A DNA stretch of 64,000 bases, from positions 2,523 to 66,522 of the forward strand of contig CAWEKQ010000047.1 in the NCBI GenBank assembly GCA_963809655.1. Direction: 5' to 3'. The notes under the pieces are model-generated. The model was not told the origin of the DNA and ran no database searches. It saw only the letters and a program-made list of their open reading frames with translations. Numbering within the stretch: the first letter of the stretch is position 1; every line of letters begins with the position of its first letter. The position numbers and the translations under genes are program-made. Origin of the DNA: Terriglobia bacterium. GTDB lineage: Bacteria > Acidobacteriota > Terriglobia > Bryobacterales > Bryobacteraceae. This document shows, one piece after another, positions 50,471 to 60,611 of the stretch.

Positions 50471-50904
50471 TTAACGGAGGTAAAACAATGCCGCTACCGC
50501 CGCCGCAGCCATTAGAACCAAAGCCAGTCCAGCCCACGCGATCCATTGAAAGCGGGGATGCCGGGGATGCAGACGTGCTTCCGGAACCTCTGCCAACTGC
50601 GCGTCCGACTCCTTCGGAGGGCTCGACTCGCGCCGCGACATCGCCTGCGTCAGTTGTTCTTTTCCGGCGCGGTCGGCAATCACAATGGTCCCGGCGTTCC
50701 GGCTGCCCGTGGTTTCGAGCAACTGCGTCCGCAAAGGCTCGGGAACGTCATGCACGGAATTATAGAAGCCCCGTTCACCCCGCGCGGCGATCATCACCAC
50801 CGAGGTCTTCATGACTCCGGAAACGTTGCGCAGCAGCCTGATGCCGCACTCCGGACACACGCGCCTTCGGTCTCGAGCTCGGTATGGCACTTCGGACATG
50901 TCAT
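50471..50904 (-). pseudogene. Zinc-ribbon protein with C-terminal TM helix, one frameshift inside the ribbon
   Basis: ATG at 50904 overlaps the LysR stop (ATGA). It gives MTCPKCHTELETEG, then ORF 50471..50899 continues VCPECGIRLL... and ends in WAGLALVLMAAAAVAALFYL. Confidence 0.5.
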
Positions 50905-51800
50905 GCCGTCAATCGCTGCGCTCCGAACTGGCCCATGATGACCTGAATGAATCCCAGCGCGGCTTTAGGCAGCGCTTTGTCCTTGCGATAAATCAGACCC
51001 AGTTTGCGCGTCATCGGCTCGGGCGCCAGCGGAATGGTGGTGAGCGCGCCCGCATCCACTTCTTCCTGGCAATTGGAAGCGGCAAGGAACGTGATGCCCA
51101 GGCCCGCCATCACGAATCGCTTCATCGTCTCCGATGAATCGAGCTCCATCGAAATCTGCAGCTCGTCTTCCACGTTTTCGAACCACAGGTTCAGCCGGCT
51201 CCGCGTCATCCCGGTCTGCGGCAGAAGCAGCGGCCACGCGATCACGTCTTCGCAGCGAACCTTCTCCATCGCGGCCAGAGGATGATTGGCCGGTACCACC
51301 GCACGCACTTCGTCCCGATGAATCTCGACCACGGTGACGCGCTTTTCGAGCACAGGCAGCTGCGTCAGGCCAAAGTCCGCGACATTCTCCATCACAGCCT
51401 CAACCACGCGCGAACCGTACGAGCGGTTGACCTGCAGCTGAACGCCCGGAAACTGCCCTTTATATTCGGCAAAGACCTTCGGCAGGACGTAAATGCAGGT
51501 GGCCTCGTTGGCCGCGATGACCAGTTCTCCGCGCGGCGAAGTTTCCAGTTCATTGAGCGAGTTCTGCGCCTGGCGCCGGATGTCGAGCATGCGCTCGGCG
51601 TATTCGGCGAAGATCTTTCCCGCCGTGGTGAGTGAAATCCGGCTCCCGAAGCGCTCGAAAAGCTCGGCTTTCAATTCATGTTCGAGCTGCCGGATCTGGG
51701 CGCTGATCGCGGGTTGAGTGCGGTAACAGGTCTGCGCGGCTTTGGAAAAGCTTTTCAGGCGGACGATTTCGAGAAAAGTGTGGAGTTGATCAAAGTCCAT
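50901..51800 (-). CDS. LysR-family transcriptional regulator
   Basis: Intact 299 aa. The N-terminal HTH is FLEIVRLKSFSKAAQTCYRTQPAISAQIRQLEHEL. The C-terminal part looks like a substrate-binding domain. Confidence 0.9.
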   Translation of the reverse strand: MDFDQLHTFLEIVRLKSFSKAAQTCYRTQPAISAQIRQLEHELKAELFERFGSRISLTTAGKIFAEYAERMLDIRRQAQNSLNELETSPRGELVIAANEATCIYVLPKVFAEYKGQFPGVQLQVNRSYGSRVVEAVMENVADFGLTQLPVLEKRVTVVEIHRDEVRAVVPANHPLAAMEKVRCEDVIAWPLLLPQTGMTRSRLNLWFENVEDELQISMELDSSETMKRFVMAGLGITFLAASNCQEEVDAGALTTIPLAPEPMTRKLGLIYRKDKALPKAALGFIQVIMGQFGAQRLTA

Positions 51801-51812
51801 GGTCTACCGTCA

Positions 51813-51832
51813 TTAATCGCCGCCGCTATTAA
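51813..51832. promoter_or_regulatory. Candidate LysR box: TTAAT-N10-ATTAA interrupted palindrome
   Basis: Read directly in the 97-bp divergent spacer between LysR (start 51800) and the TIGR03790-like gene (start 51898). Confidence 0.35.
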
Positions 51833-51897
51833 ATCGATGGGAGAAACAGGTCGATTCACCACTCGTACGGGTTGATCTACTTAGTCTACCAGAGCGA

Positions 51898-53059
51898 GTG
51901 GCCATGTCCGGGCTTCTCTCCAGGGCCGAGACAGTACGCCGGCCTGTTGCGAAGGCGTTACAGTGGAGTTTGACTATCCGCCTTCTGGTGCTGGCGCTGA
52001 CCGCCGGCGCGCTCTACGCGCAGACCGCCGATCAGGTTCTGATCGTCGTAAACAAACAGTCGAAAGACTCCCGCGAGATCGGTGAATATTATCTGAAGAA
52101 GCGCGGCGTTCCGCTTGCGAATCTCTGTACTGTCGATACGCCGCCGAGCGAAAAGATCACCCGCGAGGTCTACGAACGCGACATCCGAACTCCCGTCGGT
52201 GAGTTCCTCGCGAAGCATAATCTCGTCGAGAAGATCCTCTACATCGTGACCACCTTCGGCGTCCCGCTGGAAGTCATGGGCAATGACGACGGTGCTCCGC
52301 AACCCCGGCGCTTCAGTGGATTCGGAGCTGACAGTTCTCTACCAGCAGCTCCACGGAGTCGTAATTCCGCTCCCCGGATGGGTGCGCAATCCGTTCTTCA
52401 TGCAGCGGGACGCCCCGTTCCGCCACCCGCAATTCCCCATGTACCTGGTGACCCGCCTTGCCGCGTACGACATGGGCGAAATGAAAGGTCTGGTCGATCG
52501 CGCGCTCGTCGCTCGCAACACCGGGAAATTTGTCATCGATGCGCGCGCCGATAACGACACCCCCGGAAACGGCTGGCTGCGTACCGCGGCGCTTCTGCTG
52601 CCGAAAGATCGCGTGATTCTGGATGATTCCGCAACCGTACTCAAGAATCAGAAGGATGTCATCGGCTACGCGTCCTGGGGATCGAACGACCACGACCGCA
52701 AGGAGCGCTTTCTGCATTTCGAGTGGCTGCCCGGAGCCATCATGACGGAATTTGTCTCCACCAATGGCCGCACGTTCAAGCGGCCGCCGGATACCTGGCA
52801 TATCGGGCCGTGGTCCGATAAATCCGCGTACTTCAGCGGGTCGCCGCAGACGCTGACCGCGGATTACATCCACGAGGGAGCCAGCGGCGCGTCAGGCCAT
52901 GTGGACGAACCGTATCTCACCGGTTGCCCGCGCCCCGAATTCGTTCTGCCCGCTTACTATGAGGGCCGGACCATGGCTGAGAGCTACTATCTGGGCATTC
53001 CCGGCCTGAGCTGGATGAACATCGTGATCGGCGATCCGCTAATGCGGTTGAAACCCTGA
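51898..53059 (+). pseudogene. TIGR03790-like conserved hypothetical protein with signal/anchor, one frameshift near 52290
   Basis: ORFs 51898..52554 (..QVLIVVNKQSKDSREIGEYYLKKRGVP..YIVTTFGVPL) and 52283..53059 (..SVDSELT..YASWGSND..GASGHVDEPYL..NIVIGDPLM). The family name is from memory. Confidence 0.65.
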
Positions 53060-53093
53060 AACACGCCCGCCTCTGCAAAATCAATGGGTTACT

Positions 53094-53118
53094 GAGCCGC
53101 GACTGTGAAGGAGCGGTT
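53094..53118 (+). repeat. Dispersed 25-nt intergenic repeat, copy B
   Basis: gagccgcgactgtgaaggagcggtt in the spacer before the MoxR-like gene. The upstream context gggttact resembles copy A (aggttcc). Confidence 0.7.
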
Positions 53119-53157
53119 TTTGAAACAGGCTGCTGGACCGCTACAATTGAATTACCA

Positions 53158-53996
53158 ATGACAGTCGAGATCGAAGGCGTCACTCTCCACCTGGCCCATC
53201 CGGATGATTTGCCTGTCCGCTGGGTCGGCCAGGAAGAGTTGATGCGGCAGTTGCTCGCCGCCTGGATGGTGGTGACCGAACAGGATCTGCCGATGAATCC
53301 GCGGCTGCTCGGCAAGCCCGGCGTCGGCAAGACCACTCTCGCCTACGCGGCGGCGAAGCGCATGGGCCGCGACGTCTACATCATGCAGGCCACCATCGAC
53401 ACGCGTCCGGAAGACCTGCTGGTCACGCCGGTCATCGAAGGCGCGGGACGCTGCGCTACGTCGCGTCCCCGCTGGTGACCGCCATGATCCGCGGCGGAAT
53501 CGTCATTCTCGACGAAGGCAATCGCATGAGCGAGAAGAGCTGGGCCAGCCTCGCGCCGCTGCTCGATAACCGCCGCTACGTGGAATCCATCGTCGCCGGC
53601 ATCAAGATCAAAGCGCATCCGCATTTCCGCCTCGTCACCACGATGAACGACGATGCGTCGACCTTCGAACTGCCCGAATACATCCACTCGCGCCTGCAGC
53701 CGCAGATCCTGATCGATTTTCCCGAACGGGACGAAGAGTACCAGATTCTCAAGGAAAATCTTCCCTTCGCCGAGGATCGCATTCTGCAATACGTCACCGA
53801 TTTCCTGCAGCAGGCGCATGCCGCCGACGAGCGCTACAGCGTGCGCGACGGCATCAACATCGCGCGCTACGCGATCAAGCTGAAGAGCCTGGCGACCGGC
53901 AGCGAGCATGAAAGGGACGCGCTCGAAACTTCGTTGATCGAGACTCTGGGCGAGGAAGCCTTGCGCTATGCCCGGCGAACACGGGTTGCCCTTTGA
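53158..53996 (+). pseudogene. MoxR-like AAA+ ATPase (AAA_5 type), one frameshift near 53455
   Basis: ORFs 53158..53478 (Walker [10 protein letters not shown]) and 53475..53996 (Walker [17 protein letters not shown], sensor region). Confidence 0.8.
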
Positions 53997-55838
53997 GCCG
54001 CTTCCTGAAACGCCGCTTCCGATTGGTCAAGCCTCACGCGCGGCCGCTCACCTATCTCCCCGTCGTCCCCGGCCGGCTGGAGTTCGCCATCGAAGTGCGC
54101 CGGCGCATCCTTGCCGAACGCCCCGCGGTGGTCGCGGTCGAACTGCCGGAAACGCTGGAGGAGCCCTGGCTCGACGCCGTCCAGCGGCTCCCGCAGATCT
54201 CGGTCATCTTTTACAACGATGCCGACAGCAGCCGTCGATCTGACGACGAGCCCGAATCGGCGATCTACGTCCCGGTCGAGCCGGCCGATCCGTTCGTCGA
54301 AGCCATCCGCAGCGCGCAGGAGATCGGCGCGCAGATCGTGTTCGCCGATCCCGATTCGGGCGAGCGTCCGCATCTGCCCGACACCTATCCCGATACCTAC
54401 GCGCTCAATTCGATTCCGCTGAGCCAGTATGTCGAGGCATACCGCGTCTACCCGCAGGCGCGCACCGAAGAGCTGGAGCGCTATGCCGCCGGCATCGCGT
54501 GGAAACTGCAGGGCGCCGATCCGCTGGCGCAGGTTCTCGTCGTCCTTTCGCTCAACCTGCTCGATCCGGTGCTCGATGCGATGGAGAAACCGCAGCCCGA
54601 GCCCGCAGCGCCGCCGGCGCGAGAATCTGCAGCTCGTGAACCCGCATCCGGAGTGCCTGGCCGAGATCACCGCCGAGTATCCGTTCCTGCAGGAGCGCTA
54701 CGAGATGTTCCGCGTCGAGATGCTCGACCGCAACATGATCGATCGCCGCGCTCGCAGATCGCCCTGTTTCGGGAAGCCGAGCACGCGTACGATCTGAACA
54801 CCGGCGAGAAGATGCACCACTGGCAGCGCCGCATGCTGGCGCGCTACAGCCGCAATCTGGCGCTCACCCATCACGACCTCACCGCGTCGCTCTTCGATCT
54901 CACGATCGCGGCCCGCTCGATCGTCGACGACAACTACGCCTGGGACGTCTGGGAAACCGCCTCCCGCTATTCGCATCAGCACAGCGTCACCGACATCGAA
55001 ACGGTGCGGATCTCGGGCGATGAGGTCTGGCTGAACACCCGCCGCATCCGGCTGCGCCGCCGCTTGCCCAGCACCAAACGGCGCCTGGCGAATCCCCGCC
55101 TGAAGCCGCGCCGGAAAGAGAAGTTTCCCGGCGAATGGGCCAGCGAGTTGAACGGCGCCAGCATCTGCTCCTATCCGCCGGAAGACCTGGTCATCGAGGA
55201 CTACGGGCGCTTCCTGAAGAAGAAGGGCAAGAGCATCCTGTCGGAAGAGCGCGCGACCGTCGAGCCGTTCACCACTTCGCTTCTCGACGGCATCGACCTG
55301 CGCGAGACCATTCGCAACTGGCACGAAGGCAAGATTTTCGTGCGGAACGTCCAGAAGATCCACGGCGAGGTCGGCTCCGTCGTCGTGATTTTCGACGAGG
55401 ATCGGGACGACCGCTACAACTACATGACCACCTGGCTCGGCGAGCACCAGAACGAATCGGACATGGCGTTTTACTCGACGCGTCCCTTCGAACATCTGAT
55501 CGGCCCGGGCATCGGACGCGCCGAATACGGCGGATTTCTGATGAGCCTGCCGGCGCGCCGCATGTACGATGTCTGGCCCGATCCGGATTACGACTTCGCC
55601 GAAACCAAAGCCGAGCGCCTGCTTCTGGCCGGCCTGGATTATTCGATGCAGAGGTTCGTCGTCTACGTGGCGGCGAAACCGCCGCGCTCCATCTTCCGCA
55701 ACATCGCCGCGCGCTTCGGCCGCACGATCGTCTACATTCCGATCGGCCAGCTATCGCCGGTCACGCTGAAGAAGATTCGCGTGGTGCACGTGCTCGATGG
55801 CTACGACAAGCGTGATCGCCAAAGAATACATCTGGTAG
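53993..55838 (+). pseudogene. Large (about 615 aa) partner protein of the AAA+ ATPase, unknown function; compensated frameshift pair plus a C-terminal frameshift
   Basis: TTG start overlaps the ATPase stop (TTGA). ORF 53993..55963 leaves its frame at about 54620-54760, where ORF 54429..54797 reads ..NLQLVNPHPECLAEITAEYPFLQERYEMFRVEML. The likely true end is ..LDGYDKRVIAKEYIW, with TAG at 55836. Confidence 0.55.
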
Positions 55839-55878
55839 GCGGTGGTCGCCTCCCTCCGGAAGCGGCGGACACCCTGAA

Positions 55879-56700
55879 TTACTTCCTGATCGGCGAACCA
55901 CCAAATGGGCCTGCCGGGGGTTGCGCCCGAATCGGTGTTACTGCGGCGATGTCGGCGAGATAGTATTTTAAGCCTGGATCGAAGAACAGGTGATAGGAAA
56001 GATTCGGCGTTGGCCCGGGAATCGATAATCGTTCAAACAGTCGAACCAATACGGCATTAGCAGGTTCACTGTTCGCTCTGAGCGTGACATTTCTTTTCAC
56101 AAACGACAACATAGGGAGGTTGGCCAGCCCTATTTTGACGCCGGTATAATGCGCCAGGGTGTTTAGAATAAGTGTCAGGGTTTCAGTCGCATCCCTGGTC
56201 TGCAGAGGAAAACTGATTGTCCTTTCCATTACCGGAGAGGTCCCGCTCCACATGCAGTCGCTTTTTCGCACGGCATTTGGCTCGACTGTGATGACAGACC
56301 TCACTGCTTTCACCGAAAATCGCCCGGGATATCCGCTCGCCTCATGCTGCTGGCGAAGTTGAGTCACTGCCGCCAGAGCGTCTGATGCCTGGGGAATGGA
56401 GGGCAGCAGCGAGTCAAGGGCCAACGAGCCTCCCTTTGGCACGATGATTCGCACATTAGGGTGTGCGGCTTTTTGCGCCGCGTTCTGGACCTGTTCTGTC
56501 ACGTCCTCAATGTCGTCAGCACATTCGAAGTGCGGATCTTCGTAATTGATTGGGATGCCAATTTGGCTCTCTAATTGGTTGAGCGCGGCCTCCAGTGGCC
56601 GGCGCTGGCTTTGCGCTATATGAACCGTCGTCTGGGCCAACGCCGCAACTTGCGTAATGCCAGAGAGCAGAAACCCTGTAAACAGCAGGCGAATATTCAT
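55879..56700 (-). CDS. Secreted hypothetical protein, lower-GC gene
   Basis: ORF 55879..56724, start MNIRLLFTGFLLSGITQVAALAQ at 56700. Intact. No family recognised. Visibly more AT-rich than the flanks. Confidence 0.55.
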   Translation of the reverse strand: MNIRLLFTGFLLSGITQVAALAQTTVHIAQSQRRPLEAALNQLESQIGIPINYEDPHFECADDIEDVTEQVQNAAQKAAHPNVRIIVPKGGSLALDSLLPSIPQASDALAAVTQLRQQHEASGYPGRFSVKAVRSVITVEPNAVRKSDCMWSGTSPVMERTISFPLQTRDATETLTLILNTLAHYTGVKIGLANLPMLSFVKRNVTLRANSEPANAVLVRLFERLSIPGPTPNLSYHLFFDPGLKYYLADIAAVTPIRAQPPAGPFGGSPIRK

Positions 56701-56857
56701 ATTGATAGTCCTTCGAAGGACCATTTATGGCCAGATACGGGATTGAAGACTCCCTGTACGGCCAGCCATGACGCTGCCTGCGTCAACACTGTTGGTTATG
56801 TAGTCTGACGTGTATAGCCGTGTATAGGTGCAACCCTGTCCATTGGTGCGAAGGAAT

Positions 56858-58654
56858 TCATCTGGTGACTGCGCCCCTTCCCGCGACGCCGCGCCCTGCA
56901 GCCGGGGCCGCAGGAGGAAGCGCCGGCATCGTCTCTGTCCCATCCAGCGTGAACGTGAACAATCGATTGTTCGGACTGCTCCGAGCCAAAATCGTCAGGT
57001 ACTGCTTCCCGTCCAGCATCTACGAGATCCAGCTCACCGGACGATCACCCAGCAACGGCTGCTCCCACAACTTTTCGCCGGTCGATGCGTCGAATGCCGA
57101 ATTCCCCATGAACACCAAACCACCGGCTGTCGACATCGTCCCTCCGCCCCGACCGCCCGCGCCGAAAACATTGCGCCAACGTTCCTGCTGTTTCACCGGA
57201 TCCCACGCGACCAGAAAACGCCCCGTGACCTCGGGCTGCGTAACCGGGTAATCCGTCTCGGGAACCTCGCCCCCGCCGCGGCCGATGCCTGTGCTGGTCC
57301 GGCCCGGCGTGAACTTGAATTCAGCGGCAGGTATTGGAACGTAAGTCGCCGAACTCTCGTTGCCCGGAAGATAAGCCAGCCCCGTGACCGGGTTGTACGA
57401 CATCGGCTGCCAGTTGTGTGCCCCGGCGGCTCCCGGCCAGATCTTGATGGAGTTGGTCTTATAGCGGGCGCCCGGCGCTTCAATCGGCCAGCCATTCTTG
57501 TCGAGCCCCATTGACCATGTCATGCGCTTCACAAACGGCTTGCCCGAGATAAACGCGCCGGTGATCCGATCGAGCACATAGAAGTAGCCATTCTTCGGAG
57601 CCTGCATGATGACTTTGCGATCCTCCCCGTCGATATTCAGATCGGCCAGGATAAAAGGCTGAGTCGCCGTGAAGTCCCATGTTTCGCCAGGGTTTTCCTG
57701 AAAATACCAGGCCATCCGTCCGGTGTCCGGTTTGACTGCAATGATCGAAGCCAGATAAAGATTGTCGCCGCCCTGAGGACTGCGAATATTCTGGTTCCAA
57801 GGCCCGCCGTTTCCGGTCCCGACGTAAAGAAGATCGGCCTCAGGATCGTAGGCCATCGCATCCCACACCGTACCGCCGCCGCCCCACTTCCACCACTCGC
57901 CCGTCCACGTTTTGGCGGCTGCTTCGAGCTCCGGATGTTCGAACGGCTTTGAAGGATCGCCCGGCACCGTGTAAAAGCGCCAGGCGCGCTTCCCGGTCTC
58001 AGAATCATAAGCAGTAAAGTAGCCGCGCACGGCCTGCTCGGCACCGCTCGATCCCACGATCACCTTGCCTTTCACGACGCGAACCGCGGAGGTCAGAATC
58101 GTATCGCCTCCAGGAACAGTGTCCTGCGTCGACCAGATAACTTTGCCGGTCTCCTGATCCAGTGCCACGACGCGGCCGTCAAGAAGGCCCGCATAGACAC
58201 GGCCGTTATAGATCGCCATCCCGCGGTTGACCGGTCCGCAGCACAAACCCGCAATGTGATCCCGCGGGAAATCGGGATCCCACCGCCATTTCGTCTGGCC
58301 CGTGCGCGCGTCGACGGCGAACATCACGTCCCACGGGAGAATGCCGTAGAGCACTCCGTTGTGCATGAGTGGAGTCGCCTCTACCGTGCCCTGAGGCGCG
58401 TCCGTGACCGCGGACCACGCCAGCTTGAGTCGCTTCACGTTCTTTGCGGTGATCTGAGTGAGCGGACTGAAGTGCGTCTCGGAGTAGTCGTGGCCGTAGG
58501 TCACCCATTCTTCTCCGTTGCCCGCGGCGTTAAGCAATGCAGTGGATGTTACCGCTGGCGCGGTCTTCTGTTGAGCCAACCCCAGCCAGGCGATTACCCC
58601 CACGGACGCCACCAGGACCAACGATTGTGTAAGTTTCACTCGCACCGCGAACAC
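56858..58654 (-). pseudogene. PQQ-dependent dehydrogenase (methanol/ethanol family) with an in-frame TAG at 57020-57022
   Basis: ORF 57020..58654: WVTYGHDYSETHFSPL, adjacent Cys pair GLCCGPVNRG, propeller repeats. After ..LGDRPVSWIS-TAG the same frame continues MLDGKQYLTILARSSPNNRLFTFTLDG.. to TGA at 56858. Confidence 0.85.
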
Positions 58655-59255
58655 TCCTTGTAAGTGGCTATATCAGCGGAAGCATTACGATGAATATTCC
58701 GATTGCGCCGGTTTCGTTCAATGTTTTCCCCGGGCCGACCTGAAACGCGCGCGGCTCAGTAATCCCTTCGGAATCCGTGCTCGACTTTCTGAGCCGCGAC
58801 TTTCATGGTAGGTAAATGTCAAGCGAAGACGCAAAATTCCCGGGGCTTCCGTGAGGAAGACCAGAACAGGTTAGTGGTCGCAGCACCGAACAGCGTTCTT
58901 GATCTTTGCCGAAGGGATCCGGAACAGGCCGGTCACCAGACATTCATTTGCCGGATCGTGTCCCGGGGAACAACGTCACGGAAGATTGAGTCGTAGCTAA
59001 ACCCTCCAGCCCCAAAACAGTGAAAACCGCGGCATAACAGCGAGACTGTTTGCCGAGTCGCGGCTCCGCGGGGTCTGGAGGGAACCTGTTCACAACGGCT
59101 GCGCCATTGTGCGAGTCAGACGCCGAAGCGCCTCACCCGGATGAGTCTGGCCCGCTATTCCTCAGCGAGTTGGTCGCCACCAGTGCTCGCCTCCGCTTCA
59201 CCGGCAAGAGAACTGATTCACTCGGATAGATCTGCATGCCTGAAAAAACGCACGC

Positions 59256-60296
59256 TCAGGCCGCCTCTATATGTTCGCCGGCGGCTTCACGCTGGCCGGC
59301 GAAGAAAGCCCGGTCGGCCGCCATCAGATAAGCCACCAGTTTGCGCGCCACCGCCAGCGTCGCCCGATTGCGATGTCCGCCTTTTGCAATCGCTTTACGA
59401 TGCACTTCTTTCAGCTTCTCGTTGTACATCGGCGCCAGTTTCGCAGTTTCGATCAGCGCGCTCTGCAGATACGCGTTGCGTTGTTTGGAAAGCGGCCCGC
59501 GCTTCTGCTGGCCGGCCGATTCGCGCAGCGCGCTGGTCAGCCGCAATAACTCATGGGCATGTTTGATCGAAGGAAAACGCTCCGGCGTGGCTGCTTCCAG
59601 TGCCCAGCCCAACGCCGTCACTGTCCCCACTCCGTCAATCCGGCATAACGCTTTCACTCGCTCCTCCAAGGCAGGATGACGCGCCAGCATACCCTTCAGC
59701 CGCCGGTCCATGGCCTGCAGGGTCGTCATCTGGGCGCGATTGAACTCCAGCAGTGGCCGCAGTTCCTGGCCGATCCACTCGTTGTCCTTCACCAGGCTCT
59801 CGAAATAGCGTTTGCCGTGCAGACGGCGTCGTTCGTATTCCACCCCGGCCCCCATCAGCAATCCAGCCGTCTTGTTCTTGAACATCACGGTTTCTTCCAC
59901 CAGCAGGCGCCGGAATCGCAACGCTGCCGTAACGCGCCGAATTCCGGCGAAATTACGAAACAGGACGGAAACAGGTTGCACCGCAGCAGGTCCGCAATGG
60001 AGCAGGCATCGATCTTGTCGCTCTTTTTCTTCCCCGCGCAGATTGCTTTCATGCGCGCCGCGTGCCCCATCTCGAGTTTTGCGGCATGCGGCTTCAGATG
60101 CTCGTAAATCCAGTGGCTGAATATGGTCGCTTCCATCGCGCCATGCCATGGCCCCGGCAGCGTCTTTACCCATTCGCTCAGCGCCGTTCGCGTGGCCGGA
60201 ATGCTGCCCTCTCTTCACGATTGCACCCTCTGCTGTCTTAACGCAGAAGGCGATCACTTGCTTATGTACGTCCAGTCCGACAAAATAAACTCGCAT
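59256..60296 (-). pseudogene. IS110-family (DEDD) transposase, at least 3 frameshifts
   Basis: MRVYFVGLDVHKQVIAF (start 60296). The middle part is in 59885..60136 (MEATIFSHWIYEHLKP..KKKSDKIDACSIADLL). The C-terminal part is in 59256..60311 (..CRIDGVGTVTALGWALE..KGGHRNRATLAVARKLV). The element ends could not be determined. Confidence 0.85.
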
Positions 60297-60303
60297 AGGT
60301 AGT

Positions 60304-60357
60304 TTCTCCACAATCGGGTTTGAGGAACCTTCGGGCTCCTCCCTCGATTGTGGAGAA
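60304..60357 (-). promoter_or_regulatory. Extended hairpin upstream of the IS110 transposase that occludes its GGAG ribosome-binding site
   Basis: 13-bp outer stem (60304-60316 with 60345-60357). 8-bp inner stem (60322-60329 with 60334-60341) closed by a 4-nt loop. The single inner mismatch is a G-U pair only on the minus-strand transcript. The 3' arm holds GGAGA 10 nt before the ATG. Confidence 0.5.
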
Positions 60358-60560
60358 TCCCGAACTCCCCTCTACCTACGCATTCAAACAGTCAAGGAGC
60401 GGTAAGAAGCCTTTCTCAGCGGCCTGAACGGCTCTCGCATCTGGTAAGCATTCGTGACGAGTGACCGCTCCCCATCAGTTGGTGAATGTGCTTATAGCAT
60501 CCGCCTTTCCACGTTCGCTTGCTGAACGGACGTTCCGCGGCTGAAGAACCAACATCTACA

Positions 60561-60586
60561 GAGCCGCGACCGCACGGGAGTCGGTT
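60561..60586 (+). repeat. Dispersed intergenic repeat, copy C (26 nt)
   Basis: gagccgcgaccgcacgggagtcggtt, 25 nt upstream of the ttcA-like start. Same orientation as copies A and B. Confidence 0.7.
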
Positions 60587-60611
60587 TTACCGCAGCGCTA
60601 ATCTAGTCTTA

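Noticed and set aside
54698-55495. Minus ORF 54698..55495, and ORFs 61412..62155, 62223..62795 and 62320..62916 opposite the ATPase partner and the ABC-F gene.
   Set aside because: Shadow ORFs with repetitive Gly/Arg/Ala content. The opposite strand has Walker and signature motifs.
57020-57022. Possible recoding of TAG (sense-codon reassignment or pyrrolysine) suggested by in-frame TAGs at 57020, 44673 and 18327.
   Set aside because: TAG clearly terminates well-delimited genes here (PIG-L deacetylase at 8808-8810, transposase at 46466-46468). The frame after 18327 is only 30 codons and can be open by chance in GC-rich DNA. Only 57020 has homology support, so it fits a simple nonsense change or miscall.
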